Of a stretch of DNA of 63,828 nt, positions 39,057-47,518 are shown one piece after another. The notes beneath the pieces are model-generated. The model saw nothing but the letters and a program-made list of their open reading frames with translations, searched no databases and was not told the DNA's origin. Every line of letters begins with the position of its first letter. Position 1 is the stretch's first letter. This DNA comes from Parcubacteria group bacterium (GTDB lineage: Bacteria > Patescibacteriota > Patescibacteriia > UBA2169): the NCBI GenBank assembly GCA_016181765.1, contig JACOYR010000002.1, forward strand, positions 1-63,828, read 5' to 3'. The translations under genes and the position numbers were made by a program.

Positions 39057-41498
39057 TCATCCCGCAACAAAATTAACCAGCTTACCCTTCACAAACACAG
39101 CCCTGGCAACCGCCTTCCCTTCCAAATGTTTCTTGACGTTCGCGAGCGCCAAGGCTTTCTTCGTGACTTCACCTTCATCCGCGCCCGCACGTATGACGAC
39201 ATTCCCGCGCAGCTTGCCATTCACCTGCACCGCATAGTTGATTTCATCCTGCGCCAAAAGCAGAACGTCAACCTCGGGCCACTTCTCTTTTTCAATCACC
39301 TCCTTGTGCCCGAGCATCTCCCACAGCTCATTGGTGATGTGCGGGGCAAACGGCGACAGAACTTTGAGGAACGTTTCCCAGTGATGCGCGCTGATGCGCT
39401 CGTGCTTGTACACCAGATTGATGAAAATCATGAACTGCGCAACAGCCGTGTTGAATCCGAACGACTGGATGTCGTCTTCTGTTTTTTTTACGGTCCTGGC
39501 AAGCTCGCGGCCAACAATGAGCTCTTGTTCTCTGTTCAGGTAAACAGTATCCACAAACGCGTGGCTGTTCCACACGCGCTCCAAAAATCTCCGCACCCCC
39601 ACAATGCCGTTCGTGTCCCAGGGCTTGGCATCCTCCAATGGCCCCATGAACATCTCGTACATGCGCATCGTATCCGCGCCGAACCGCGCTATCACGTCAT
39701 CCGGGTTAATCACGTTGCCGCGGGACTTGGACATCTTCTGCCCGTCCGGCCCTAAAATAAGGCCCTGGTTGCGCAGCTTTAAGAACGGCTCTTCAAAATT
39801 AAGATAACCCAAATCATGCAAAGCCATGGCGATAAACCGGCTATACAAAAGATGCATTACCGCGTGCTCTGCGCCACCGACATACGTATCAACCGGCAAC
39901 CAGGCTTTGATCTTTTTCTTGTCCGCAAACTCTTTTTGATTCTTTGGGTCCGTGTACCGCAGAAAGTACCACGAAGAATCCACAAACGTGTCCATGGTGT
40001 CTGATTCTCTTCGCGCCGGTGACTCACAGTTTGGACATTTCACGTCATGGAAAGACTTTGACCGCGCCAAAGGCGACTCCCCTTTTGGCAGGAAGTCAAC
40101 ATCATCCGGCAGAGTGACGGGTAAATTTTCTTCTTTCACGGGCTGTTCGCCGCACTTGTCGCAGTAGATGATGGGAATGGGCGCGCCCCAATATCTTTGG
40201 CGAGATATCAGCCAATCACGCAACTTGTACTGGATGGTCAGCCTGCCTTTGACCGCATCAGTGATTTTCCATTTTGCTTCTTCGGATGAATCTCCTGAAA
40301 ATGTATCAGAATTGATCAAGACTCCGGACCCGACGTATGCCTCTTCTTTTTTGTCCCCATCGGTAAAGTCCGCATCAGTAATCACTTGCCTGATGGGCAA
40401 ACCATATTTTTTCGCAAACTCATAATCGCGCTCATCATGCGCTGGTACCGCCATAATAGCGCCAGTGCCGTATGTGGCCAAAACGTAATCCGCAATCCAC
40501 ACCGGAATCTCTTCTTTGGTTCCCGGATTGATGGCAGCTACGCCTTTCAGCTCAACGCCGGTTTTCTCTTTTGCCAGATCCGTGCGCTCCAACTGGCTCT
40601 TGCCGGAGGCGGCTTTGACGTACTGCTGCACTTCATCCCAATTTTCAATTTGACCCTTCAGCTCGCGGATGAGCGCGTGCTCCGGCGCAAGCACCATGTA
40701 CGTTGCCCCGAACAAGGTATCCGGCCGCGTGGTAAATACCTTAATTTTTGATGACGAACCCTTGACCTCAAACTCCAGTTCCGCACCCTCGCTTTTGCCG
40801 ATCCAGTTCCGCTGCATGTGTCTAATAGGCTCTGGCCAATCTAACTTTTCCAAATTTAACAGTAAGCGTTCCGGATACGAGCCGTTCTTTCCTTTGGGGT
40901 CTGTTCCCGTAACATTAAAAAACCACTGCTCCAGATTTTTCTGGATGACTTCAGAACTGCACCGCTCGCAGTTGCCGTCTATCACCTGCTCGTTGGCCAG
41001 GACTGTTTGGCAATCAGGGCACCAGTTCACGGGCGCTTCCTTTTTGTACGCAAGCCCCGCGTGGTACAGCTGTAAAAACAGCCACTGGGTCCATCGGTAG
41101 TAATCCGGGGATGATGTGGAAAGCTCCCGCGACCAGTCATACGAAAATCCAAGCGACTTGATCTGGCGCGTAAAAGTTTTGATGTTTTGTTCCGTGCTCT
41201 CGCGGGGGTGCACCTTGCTCTTGATGGCGTAGTTTTCCGCGGGCAATCCGAACGCGTCCCAGCCCATGGGGTGCAAGACCTCATGCCCGTTCATGCGCAC
41301 ATACCGCGCATAGATGTCCGTGGCCGTGTACCCCTCCGGGTGGCCCACGTGCAAGCCAGCTCCTGACGGATACGGAAACATGTCCAGAATGTACTTCTTT
41401 TTACCGGCTTTCGGCTTATCCGATGCCGCAAAAACAGCGTCCTGTTCCCAGCGCTCCTGCCACTTTGACTCAATTGCGTTATGGTTGTATGCTCCCAT
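39057..41498 (-). CDS. leuS: Leucyl-tRNA synthetase
   Basis: PYPSGAGLHVGHPEGY (HIGH-type), KMSKSRGN, CP1 editing-domain region. 813 aa. Confidence 0.95.
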   Translation of the reverse strand: MGAYNHNAIESKWQERWEQDAVFAASDKPKAGKKKYILDMFPYPSGAGLHVGHPEGYTATDIYARYVRMNGHEVLHPMGWDAFGLPAENYAIKSKVHPRESTEQNIKTFTRQIKSLGFSYDWSRELSTSSPDYYRWTQWLFLQLYHAGLAYKKEAPVNWCPDCQTVLANEQVIDGNCERCSSEVIQKNLEQWFFNVTGTDPKGKNGSYPERLLLNLEKLDWPEPIRHMQRNWIGKSEGAELEFEVKGSSSKIKVFTTRPDTLFGATYMVLAPEHALIRELKGQIENWDEVQQYVKAASGKSQLERTDLAKEKTGVELKGVAAINPGTKEEIPVWIADYVLATYGTGAIMAVPAHDERDYEFAKKYGLPIRQVITDADFTDGDKKEEAYVGSGVLINSDTFSGDSSEEAKWKITDAVKGRLTIQYKLRDWLISRQRYWGAPIPIIYCDKCGEQPVKEENLPVTLPDDVDFLPKGESPLARSKSFHDVKCPNCESPARRESDTMDTFVDSSWYFLRYTDPKNQKEFADKKKIKAWLPVDTYVGGAEHAVMHLLYSRFIAMALHDLGYLNFEEPFLKLRNQGLILGPDGQKMSKSRGNVINPDDVIARFGADTMRMYEMFMGPLEDAKPWDTNGIVGVRRFLERVWNSHAFVDTVYLNREQELIVGRELARTVKKTEDDIQSFGFNTAVAQFMIFINLVYKHERISAHHWETFLKVLSPFAPHITNELWEMLGHKEVIEKEKWPEVDVLLLAQDEINYAVQVNGKLRGNVVIRAGADEGEVTKKALALANVKKHLEGKAVARAVFVKGKLVNFVAG

Positions 41499-41592
41499 AG
41501 TTATAAAGGGTATTAAACCCTGTGTTAGCTCCTCGGCTCGGAAATGAAAAGAGTACTTTTCATTTCACTCGCTCTACGTCGCTAATGAAGGT

Positions 41593-41621
41593 AGCATATC
41601 GGTTTTTTACCCAAAAATCAA
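41593..41621 (-). promoter_or_regulatory. Candidate leuS promoter
   Basis: On the minus strand: TTGATT, 17 nt, TATGCT. It precedes a ~90-nt leader containing the hairpin GAAATGAAAAG/CTTTTCATTTC. Confidence 0.35.
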
Positions 41622-41663
41622 TGCATTTCCACCCGCTGGGTAACATTTACCCGTATAATGCGG

Positions 41664-41669
41664 TATAAT
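41664..41669 (+). promoter_or_regulatory. -10 box TATAAT, 6 nt upstream of the ATG at 41676 (leaderless-type)
   Basis: Tandem TATAAT boxes at 41654-41659 and 41664-41669. Confidence 0.4.
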
Positions 41670-41675
41670 GCGCAT

Positions 41676-43073
41676 ATGGCATTGAAACACGGAAACAGTT
41701 ACCTGCGCATGCGCCAGCCCTCACGCAATGCGCTGCTCGCCAAAAAAAACGCAGTGCTCCTGCTTGGACTGGCAAGCAGCCTGGTGGTGCTCGCCCTAAA
41801 AATCATCGGGGGCGCAGTTTGGGTATTAAAATTCCTGGCAACGAAAACGTTCCGCATCCTGGTGCGTTTCTTTGGGCTGCCCGTGTACCGGGCGTTTAAG
41901 TCCGCGGAAGCGAAATTCGCGCATAGCGTCGGCTATGCGCGCGGCGAGTTCGGCGAAAACTTCAGCCGCAACGTGGTGCTCTACGGGGGGCTGATTGTGC
42001 TCTCATTGTTTGCGGCAGTCTCAAACCTCAAAGCGCGCGAACTCCGGCCCGAGGAAGTCGGAAGAAACTCGGGCATGTACGAGCTCCTGGTGGCGCAGGG
42101 CGACTATGAGCTGTACGTGGAAGAGAGCCTCTCGGAATCAGACTCGGGCGCGCTACGGACAACGGCTCCGGAACGCGCTCTCTCGGAAATAGGAGTGCAG
42201 AGCACCGTGGCCCCGACCGGCGAGCTTGCCGACACCGAGGATACCGCGCTGGTTTCGGGAACCGGGGACGCGCTCATCAAGCCGGATCTTCCGGGAACCG
42301 ACGTAACGCCCAAGCCGCGCGACTCAATCATCACGTACGCGGTGCAGGACGGGGATACGATTTCACAAATCGCGGAGCGCTTCAACCTCAACACCAACAC
42401 TATTCTCTGGGCGAACAACATAGGGCCCCGCGACTTCATCCGCCCGGGCCAGGAGCTCGTGATACTGCCGGTTTCGGGAGTAACGCACACGGTCAGCCGC
42501 GGGGATACGCTCAATGCCATCGCAAGCAGATACCGCGCCAAAGCAGAAGACATCCTGGAGATCAACAAGCTTGGCAGCGCTTCCGAATTGGTGATCGGCG
42601 CAAAGATCGTGGTGCCGGACGGCATTCCTCCTGCGCCGGCGCGCCCTGCCGCGGCCCCGTCGTCCGGACTCGCGGACCTCGGGAGCATCTTTAAGCCGGC
42701 TCCGGCTGCGGCCGGAGCCTTCAACTGGCCCACCACGGCCCGCCGCATTACCCAATACTTCCGCGGCTGGCGGCACACGGGAATTGACATAGGCAACAAG
42801 ACCGGCCAGCCCGTGTATGCGGCTGATGACGGCGTGGTCACCACCTCGGGCTGGAACTCGGGCGGGTACGGGTACTACGTCATCATTGACCACGGCAACG
42901 GCATCCAAACCCTGTACGCGCACAACAGTAAAAATGGGGTTTCGGTCGGAGACCGCGTGAGCAAGGGAGGCGTGATTGCAGCCATCGGCTCAACCGGCCG
43001 CTCAACCGGGCCGCACGTGCACTTTGAGGTGCGCGTCAATGGCACCCGCGTCAATCCGCTAGACTACCTCTAG
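41676..43073 (+). CDS. LysM-domain M23 family metallopeptidase
   Basis: TM helix, two LysM repeats (ITYAVQDGDTISQIA.., HTVSRGDTLNAIAS..), and M23 motifs HTGIDI and GSTGRSTGPHVHFEV. Confidence 0.85.
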   Translation: MALKHGNSYLRMRQPSRNALLAKKNAVLLLGLASSLVVLALKIIGGAVWVLKFLATKTFRILVRFFGLPVYRAFKSAEAKFAHSVGYARGEFGENFSRNVVLYGGLIVLSLFAAVSNLKARELRPEEVGRNSGMYELLVAQGDYELYVEESLSESDSGALRTTAPERALSEIGVQSTVAPTGELADTEDTALVSGTGDALIKPDLPGTDVTPKPRDSIITYAVQDGDTISQIAERFNLNTNTILWANNIGPRDFIRPGQELVILPVSGVTHTVSRGDTLNAIASRYRAKAEDILEINKLGSASELVIGAKIVVPDGIPPAPARPAAAPSSGLADLGSIFKPAPAAAGAFNWPTTARRITQYFRGWRHTGIDIGNKTGQPVYAADDGVVTTSGWNSGGYGYYVIIDHGNGIQTLYAHNSKNGVSVGDRVSKGGVIAAIGSTGRSTGPHVHFEVRVNGTRVNPLDYL

Positions 43074-44584
43074 TCGTCCTTGGGCCGGTACTGCAGGGCC
43101 TCGGCAATGTGCGCGGCGGTGATTTCGGGTTCGCCCCCAAGGTCCGCAATAGTGCGGCTCACTTTGAGCACGCGGTGGAATCCGCGCGCCGAAAGGTGCA
43201 GCATATCAACCGCCTGCCGGATGAGGCTGCGGGATGGCGCGTCCAGCACGCACAGCTGCCGCACCAGCCGTGCCTCCATCTCGCTGTTTGAAATCACGTT
43301 GAACGGCTTCAAGCGCTCAAGTTGTATGCCGCGGGCGCGGTTCACGCGCTCGCGGATGAGCGCGGACGTTTCCAAGCCGCGCGCTTCCAGTTTTTCAAAC
43401 GAAACGCGCGGCACGTCCACATGCAGATCAATCCTATCCGCGATGGGGCCGGATATTTTTGTGCGGTATCTGACAATTTGCGACTGCGTGCACACGCACG
43501 CGCGCTCGGAATCACCCAAAAACCCGCACGGGCACGGGTTGAACGAGGCAACCAGTATGAAGCGGGCCGGAAACGTAACGCTCCCCTGCGCGCGCGAAAC
43601 TGTTATGCGCCCGTCCTCAAGCGGCTGGCGCAGGTTTTCCAAAACGCTCCGCGAGAACTCCGCGAATTCATCCAAAAAAAGGACGCCGCGGTGCGCCAGG
43701 CTTATTTCTCCAGGCCGCGGGAACGCCCCGCCCCCGACCAGGGCAATGCCGGACGCGGTGTGGTGGGGGCTGCGGAACGGGCGGACCGAAACGAGCGGCG
43801 TGTCCGGGGGGAGCGCGCCCGCAATGCTGTAAATTTTCGTAACCTCAAGCTGTTCGGGAAACGTCAGATCCGGCAGAATCGTGACCATGGCGGAAGAGAG
43901 CATGGTTTTGCCGCTCCCGGGCGGGCCGGACATGGCGATGTTGTGCGAGCCGGCCGCGGCAATCTCCAGGGCGCGCTTTGCGTGCTCCTGGCCCGCAATG
44001 TCGGCCATGTCAATGGAGTGCGCCTGCTCTGCGCGCTCTGCAGGCTCAAGCTTCTCAACCGGGATGATTGTCTGCTGCCCGTTGAGGTGGACAACGAGCT
44101 GTGAGAGTGTTGCAACGGGCATGATGCGTATGCCGGAAACCACGCTCGCCTCGCGCGCGTTCGCCGAGGGAATATAGAGGTGCTCGTAGCCCGCATCCCG
44201 CGCCCAGATGGCAATGGGGAGCATGCCGCGGCCCGGGCGCAGGCCCCCGTCCAGCGCAAGCTCGCCGACAAACAAGGAACGCGAGAGGTCGCCGCGGATC
44301 TGTTCCGTAGAAAACAGGATGCCGACTGCAATGGGCAGATCGTAGGACGCGCCCTCTTTTTTTAAATCAGCCGGGGCAAGGTTGACAACCACGCGCTTTG
44401 CGTACGGATAGAGGAAGCCGGAATTGCGGATGGCCGTGGGAATGCGCTGGCGCGATTCGGAAACTGCGGTGTCCGGCAATCCCACCACAATAAACATGGG
44501 GTACCCGCGCGACACATCCACCTCAATGGTGATCTTTTCGCCGGAGAGCCCTATCACCGCGCACGAGAGGACATTAGTGAGCAT
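43070..44584 (-). CDS. YifB/ComM-family Mg-chelatase-like AAA+ ATPase
   Basis: MLTNVLSCAVIGLSGEKITIEVD start, Walker A GPPGSGKT, VLFLDEF. The track ORF's 92 extra N-terminal codons overlap lspA. Confidence 0.85.
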   Translation of the reverse strand: MLTNVLSCAVIGLSGEKITIEVDVSRGYPMFIVVGLPDTAVSESRQRIPTAIRNSGFLYPYAKRVVVNLAPADLKKEGASYDLPIAVGILFSTEQIRGDLSRSLFVGELALDGGLRPGRGMLPIAIWARDAGYEHLYIPSANAREASVVSGIRIMPVATLSQLVVHLNGQQTIIPVEKLEPAERAEQAHSIDMADIAGQEHAKRALEIAAAGSHNIAMSGPPGSGKTMLSSAMVTILPDLTFPEQLEVTKIYSIAGALPPDTPLVSVRPFRSPHHTASGIALVGGGAFPRPGEISLAHRGVLFLDEFAEFSRSVLENLRQPLEDGRITVSRAQGSVTFPARFILVASFNPCPCGFLGDSERACVCTQSQIVRYRTKISGPIADRIDLHVDVPRVSFEKLEARGLETSALIRERVNRARGIQLERLKPFNVISNSEMEARLVRQLCVLDAPSRSLIRQAVDMLHLSARGFHRVLKVSRTIADLGGEPEITAAHIAEALQYRPKDD

Positions 44585-45014
44585 AGCGCTTGCCGGGAAC
44601 CGCGAGCAGTGCGGCCCCGAGAACCACGAGCGCGTCCGCAATGTTGAACGCTCCGCCAAAAGGAACGGCCAGGTAATCAACCACGCCGCCGTAGAACAGG
44701 CGGTCAATGGCGTTTGAGAGCGCGCCAATAGCCACAAGCCCGAGCGGGCCTGCCGCCGAGGGGTGGGCACGTTTTGTGTACAGTGCGGCTCCGAGGACCG
44801 CAATGGCGGGAACCATGATCCAGAGTACTGCGGCATTGGGGACCGGCAGGCTCCACGCAAAAAATTCGTTTAGGGAGAGCCGCAGGCCGAACGCGGAATC
44901 AAAAACAAAAACCCCGCGCCCGAGCGCCGGGCTTCCCAGGGCATACTGCTTCAGCGCCCGATCAAGCGCAAATCCCAAAACCGCGAGCGTGGTGATGGCG
45001 CTACGGCTCCTCAT
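44574..45014 (-). CDS. lspA: Lipoprotein signal peptidase II
   Basis: SNAIDRLFYGGVVDY, FNIAD, four hydrophobic segments. Confidence 0.85.
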   Translation of the reverse strand: MRSRSAITTLAVLGFALDRALKQYALGSPALGRGVFVFDSAFGLRLSLNEFFAWSLPVPNAAVLWIMVPAIAVLGAALYTKRAHPSAAGPLGLVAIGALSNAIDRLFYGGVVDYLAVPFGGAFNIADALVVLGAALLAVPGKRYAH

Positions 45015-45373
45015 GGCGTGATATCGGTTTCCGCGGCAGGATTTGCGCGGAGCCGATTCTCTCGGATGGGCTTGCCCGTCCGAGCGTCCATGCCATAGGC
45101 GCCCTTCTCAATGCGGAGGAGGGCTGCGTTGACCGCCTCAAGCTCGTGCTCAAGCTCTTCCACTACGTCGAGGTTGGTTTCGGTCTGCGCGTACTCGGCG
45201 GCATTGGACTCCTCATCATCCCCGTACTCCTGGTACGCGGTTTTGTAATCCGAAGAGTCTGGCCCCTTTCTGGCGCCGCGTGAAGACAAATCAGCTTCAA
45301 GCTGGTCTTTCTTGGCAAGCAGAGCCTGTTTTTGCTCTTTAATGAATGACGTGCTCAACGGTGTAGCGCTCAT
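45011..45373 (-). CDS. DksA/TraR-like protein lacking the zinc-finger cysteines
   Basis: Coiled-coil region plus IEKGAYGMDARTGKPIRENRLRANPAAE, which aligns to the DksA C4 region but has no Cys. A TATAAT box lies 9 nt upstream of the ATG. Confidence 0.55.
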   Translation of the reverse strand: MSATPLSTSFIKEQKQALLAKKDQLEADLSSRGARKGPDSSDYKTAYQEYGDDEESNAAEYAQTETNLDVVEELEHELEAVNAALLRIEKGAYGMDARTGKPIRENRLRANPAAETDITP

Positions 45374-45827
45374 AGTATGGGAATTATAGCATACAATCGC
45401 CTCCTGAAACAAAAAAACAGGCCATACGCCTGCATCATTCGCCCCTCCCCAAAGAATTTCGTGGAGGGCGCACAGTGCGCCTCTGTTATATGAATAACTA
45501 GGACATGTGCGCCCCCTGATGGCTGTTTGTGGCAGCTGAGGAACGCACTATGAGCGCGCTCTTCAACATTTTGCTTTCAAGCAGCCCTACGTTTAGGGCA
45601 CGGATCCGACTTAAGGTGCCAGTTCTCTACCGTCTATGTGGTTGCGTCCATCTGTGTATGGGCGAACCGCACTTTTTTTTGTTTTTGTTTCCCGGCCAGA
45701 CACCGTTTGTTTTTGTTTTTGTTTTTGAATTGGAGGTCGGTCTCCAATGTTAAAGTTCAAGAAAGTAGAGAACATATACATTGTAGCATACCTAAACGCA
45801 AAAGTCAATCATCCTCGTTCGGGGACT

Positions 45828-47408
45828 CTATTCGCCTGCAAGTTGAGCGCAGCCAAAAATTCCAAATTCAGGAGATTCAGTGATGGTGATGCTCGTAACA
45901 GGCTGAAGCGCGGGAAAAATATTGGATAGAAAGCCGCCGGAAAGGCGGACGCTTCCGGTTGAGGGGCCGCCCAATGAGCAGGACCCAATACCGGCTGATG
46001 CGCGAGTGCCCGAAAGCAGGGACATGTCATTCGTCAGTACCCTTCCCAAGCCAGGAATCACGCCCGTGGCCAATCCGCGCGGCTCGCCTACTCCCCGGAG
46101 CTCTTTTAATGGAAACTCGCGGCCTTCGTAGGGCGCCGAAACCTGCTCCCATAGAAAATCACCAATATCAGCCCGCAATTCAACCATGCTCGTGCCGTCC
46201 GCAAGCGGGATTTCTTTGGCAAGCGGGTGCGCCACCGCAAAGAGCGTCTCCGCAATAGGCCCAACCAGGTCTTCGGGCACGCTTTCACTTACAAGCACAA
46301 TCCAGGATGGCTTGCTTGGAGCGCCGGTTTCCGGATATCTTAAGAGAAAAACAAGCTCGGAACCGGCCAGCGCGGAAAGCAGGGACTGGGTATCAATATG
46401 GTAAAAGGCCCCTAAAAGCTCCTCTACGCTGCGTACGCCATCCTGCAGGTTTCCGGAAAGCCCGGAAAACCACGCACCCTGCAATGAGCCTGCATCTGCC
46501 GCGTACACAGCCACGTCCCCGCTGAATTGCCCGTACAGCGCATACAAGGGGCTTGCGGAAGCGCTTGACAAATCTGTTCTGCCGCTCTTTTGAGCTGCTC
46601 GTTGCGATGAAAAAGTTATTTTTCCTGGGGAATAGTAAAAGTCAAGTACCCCGGGAAGATCTGCTCCTTGGAGTAAAAGCCGGATGGCGGGGTGGCTTGC
46701 AATCACGCCCTGGTTTTCGCGGGAAACAGCGATTGTTCCCATGCTCCCCTTGGGCGGCGCGGAAAGTGTTTGCGCGAGCGGTGCTGTAGGCTCTGCGCCA
46801 AGTTCCGATGCCACAGATGCGCTGGTTGCAATATACAGCCTTCCATCCCGCATAAACCACACCCATTCCGGGCTTTTGCGCGCCCACAATCCCCCTGCCG
46901 GACCGACACCGGGGTAGATTGCGCCCTCCTGGGGCTCGGAAACGCCCGAAACAGCAGCCCACGTTTCCGCCTCTGCAAGGGTTCCGGCAAGCACGAGCTC
47001 CCCGCTCTTAAGTTCCGCAAACTCAAGAGTCCCGGAAAACAAGCTTTGTACTTCCTTGAATGGCCTGTTGTCCCAGGAGAGCACGTCAATCCGGGAAACG
47101 AGATCGCGCACCGGATCTGTTGGGAGCGCTGTGCGCTTCCATAAGAGCGCGCGATCGTACCAGTAGGAACCCGCGCCGAGGTCCGCGCTCGCGTAGAACG
47201 GAGTTGCGGCCGGAAGCGCGCGCGCCAACGGGCGGGCGCGCCCGTGCGCAGACCAAAACAGCGCCCCTGCAACAAGCGCCGCGGCAACTGCCGCGTACCC
47301 GGCAAGCCGCAGCCGGCTCGTACGCGGCGATTTGGTGGCCAGCACGCTCTGGCCGATGCCCAAACCTCCGATGCGCTGTTTCAGTTCGTTGTCATACCTC
47401 TGGTACAT
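45828..47408 (-). CDS. Membrane-anchored hypothetical protein (526 aa)
   Basis: N-terminal TM helix (LAGYAAVAAALVAGALFW). TAGAAT lies 6 nt upstream of the ATG. Confidence 0.65.
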   Translation of the reverse strand: MYQRYDNELKQRIGGLGIGQSVLATKSPRTSRLRLAGYAAVAAALVAGALFWSAHGRARPLARALPAATPFYASADLGAGSYWYDRALLWKRTALPTDPVRDLVSRIDVLSWDNRPFKEVQSLFSGTLEFAELKSGELVLAGTLAEAETWAAVSGVSEPQEGAIYPGVGPAGGLWARKSPEWVWFMRDGRLYIATSASVASELGAEPTAPLAQTLSAPPKGSMGTIAVSRENQGVIASHPAIRLLLQGADLPGVLDFYYSPGKITFSSQRAAQKSGRTDLSSASASPLYALYGQFSGDVAVYAADAGSLQGAWFSGLSGNLQDGVRSVEELLGAFYHIDTQSLLSALAGSELVFLLRYPETGAPSKPSWIVLVSESVPEDLVGPIAETLFAVAHPLAKEIPLADGTSMVELRADIGDFLWEQVSAPYEGREFPLKELRGVGEPRGLATGVIPGLGRVLTNDMSLLSGTRASAGIGSCSLGGPSTGSVRLSGGFLSNIFPALQPVTSITITESPEFGIFGCAQLAGE

Positions 47409-47439
47409 GCCCCTATTCTAGCACGCATGCCGCTATCCC

Positions 47440-47470
47440 AAAAGCGCCCGCAGGACCTGCGGGCGCTTTC
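47440..47470. terminator. Terminator downstream of pnp
   Basis: AAGCGCCCGCAGG / CCTGCGGGCGCTT stem with T-rich flanks. Confidence 0.6.
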
Positions 47471-47518
47471 TTATCACTGAACACAATTTGTGTACGGTGT
47501 TTGGACTGCCACTGCTAG

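Noticed and set aside
41499-41660. T-box riboswitch in the leuS leader
   Set aside because: The only feature is a hairpin (GAAATGAAAAG/CTTTTCATTTC) plus a GGGTGG string upstream of the candidate promoter. There is no specifier-loop/T-box sequence arrangement and no terminator/antiterminator pair.
43070-44860. 596-aa form of the ComM/YifB gene
   Set aside because: The extra 92 N-terminal codons overlap lspA and are Arg/Ser/Pro-rich. The conserved family N-terminus begins at MLTNVLS (44584).
45413-45830. tmRNA, RNase P RNA, SRP RNA or 6S RNA in the hairpin-rich spacer
   Set aside because: I could not find the conserved strings on either strand: GGGG...tRNA-like end with TTCGA..CCA, GAGGAAAGTCC, or GGAAGCAGCC. 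I keep it only as an unclassified ncRNA candidate.
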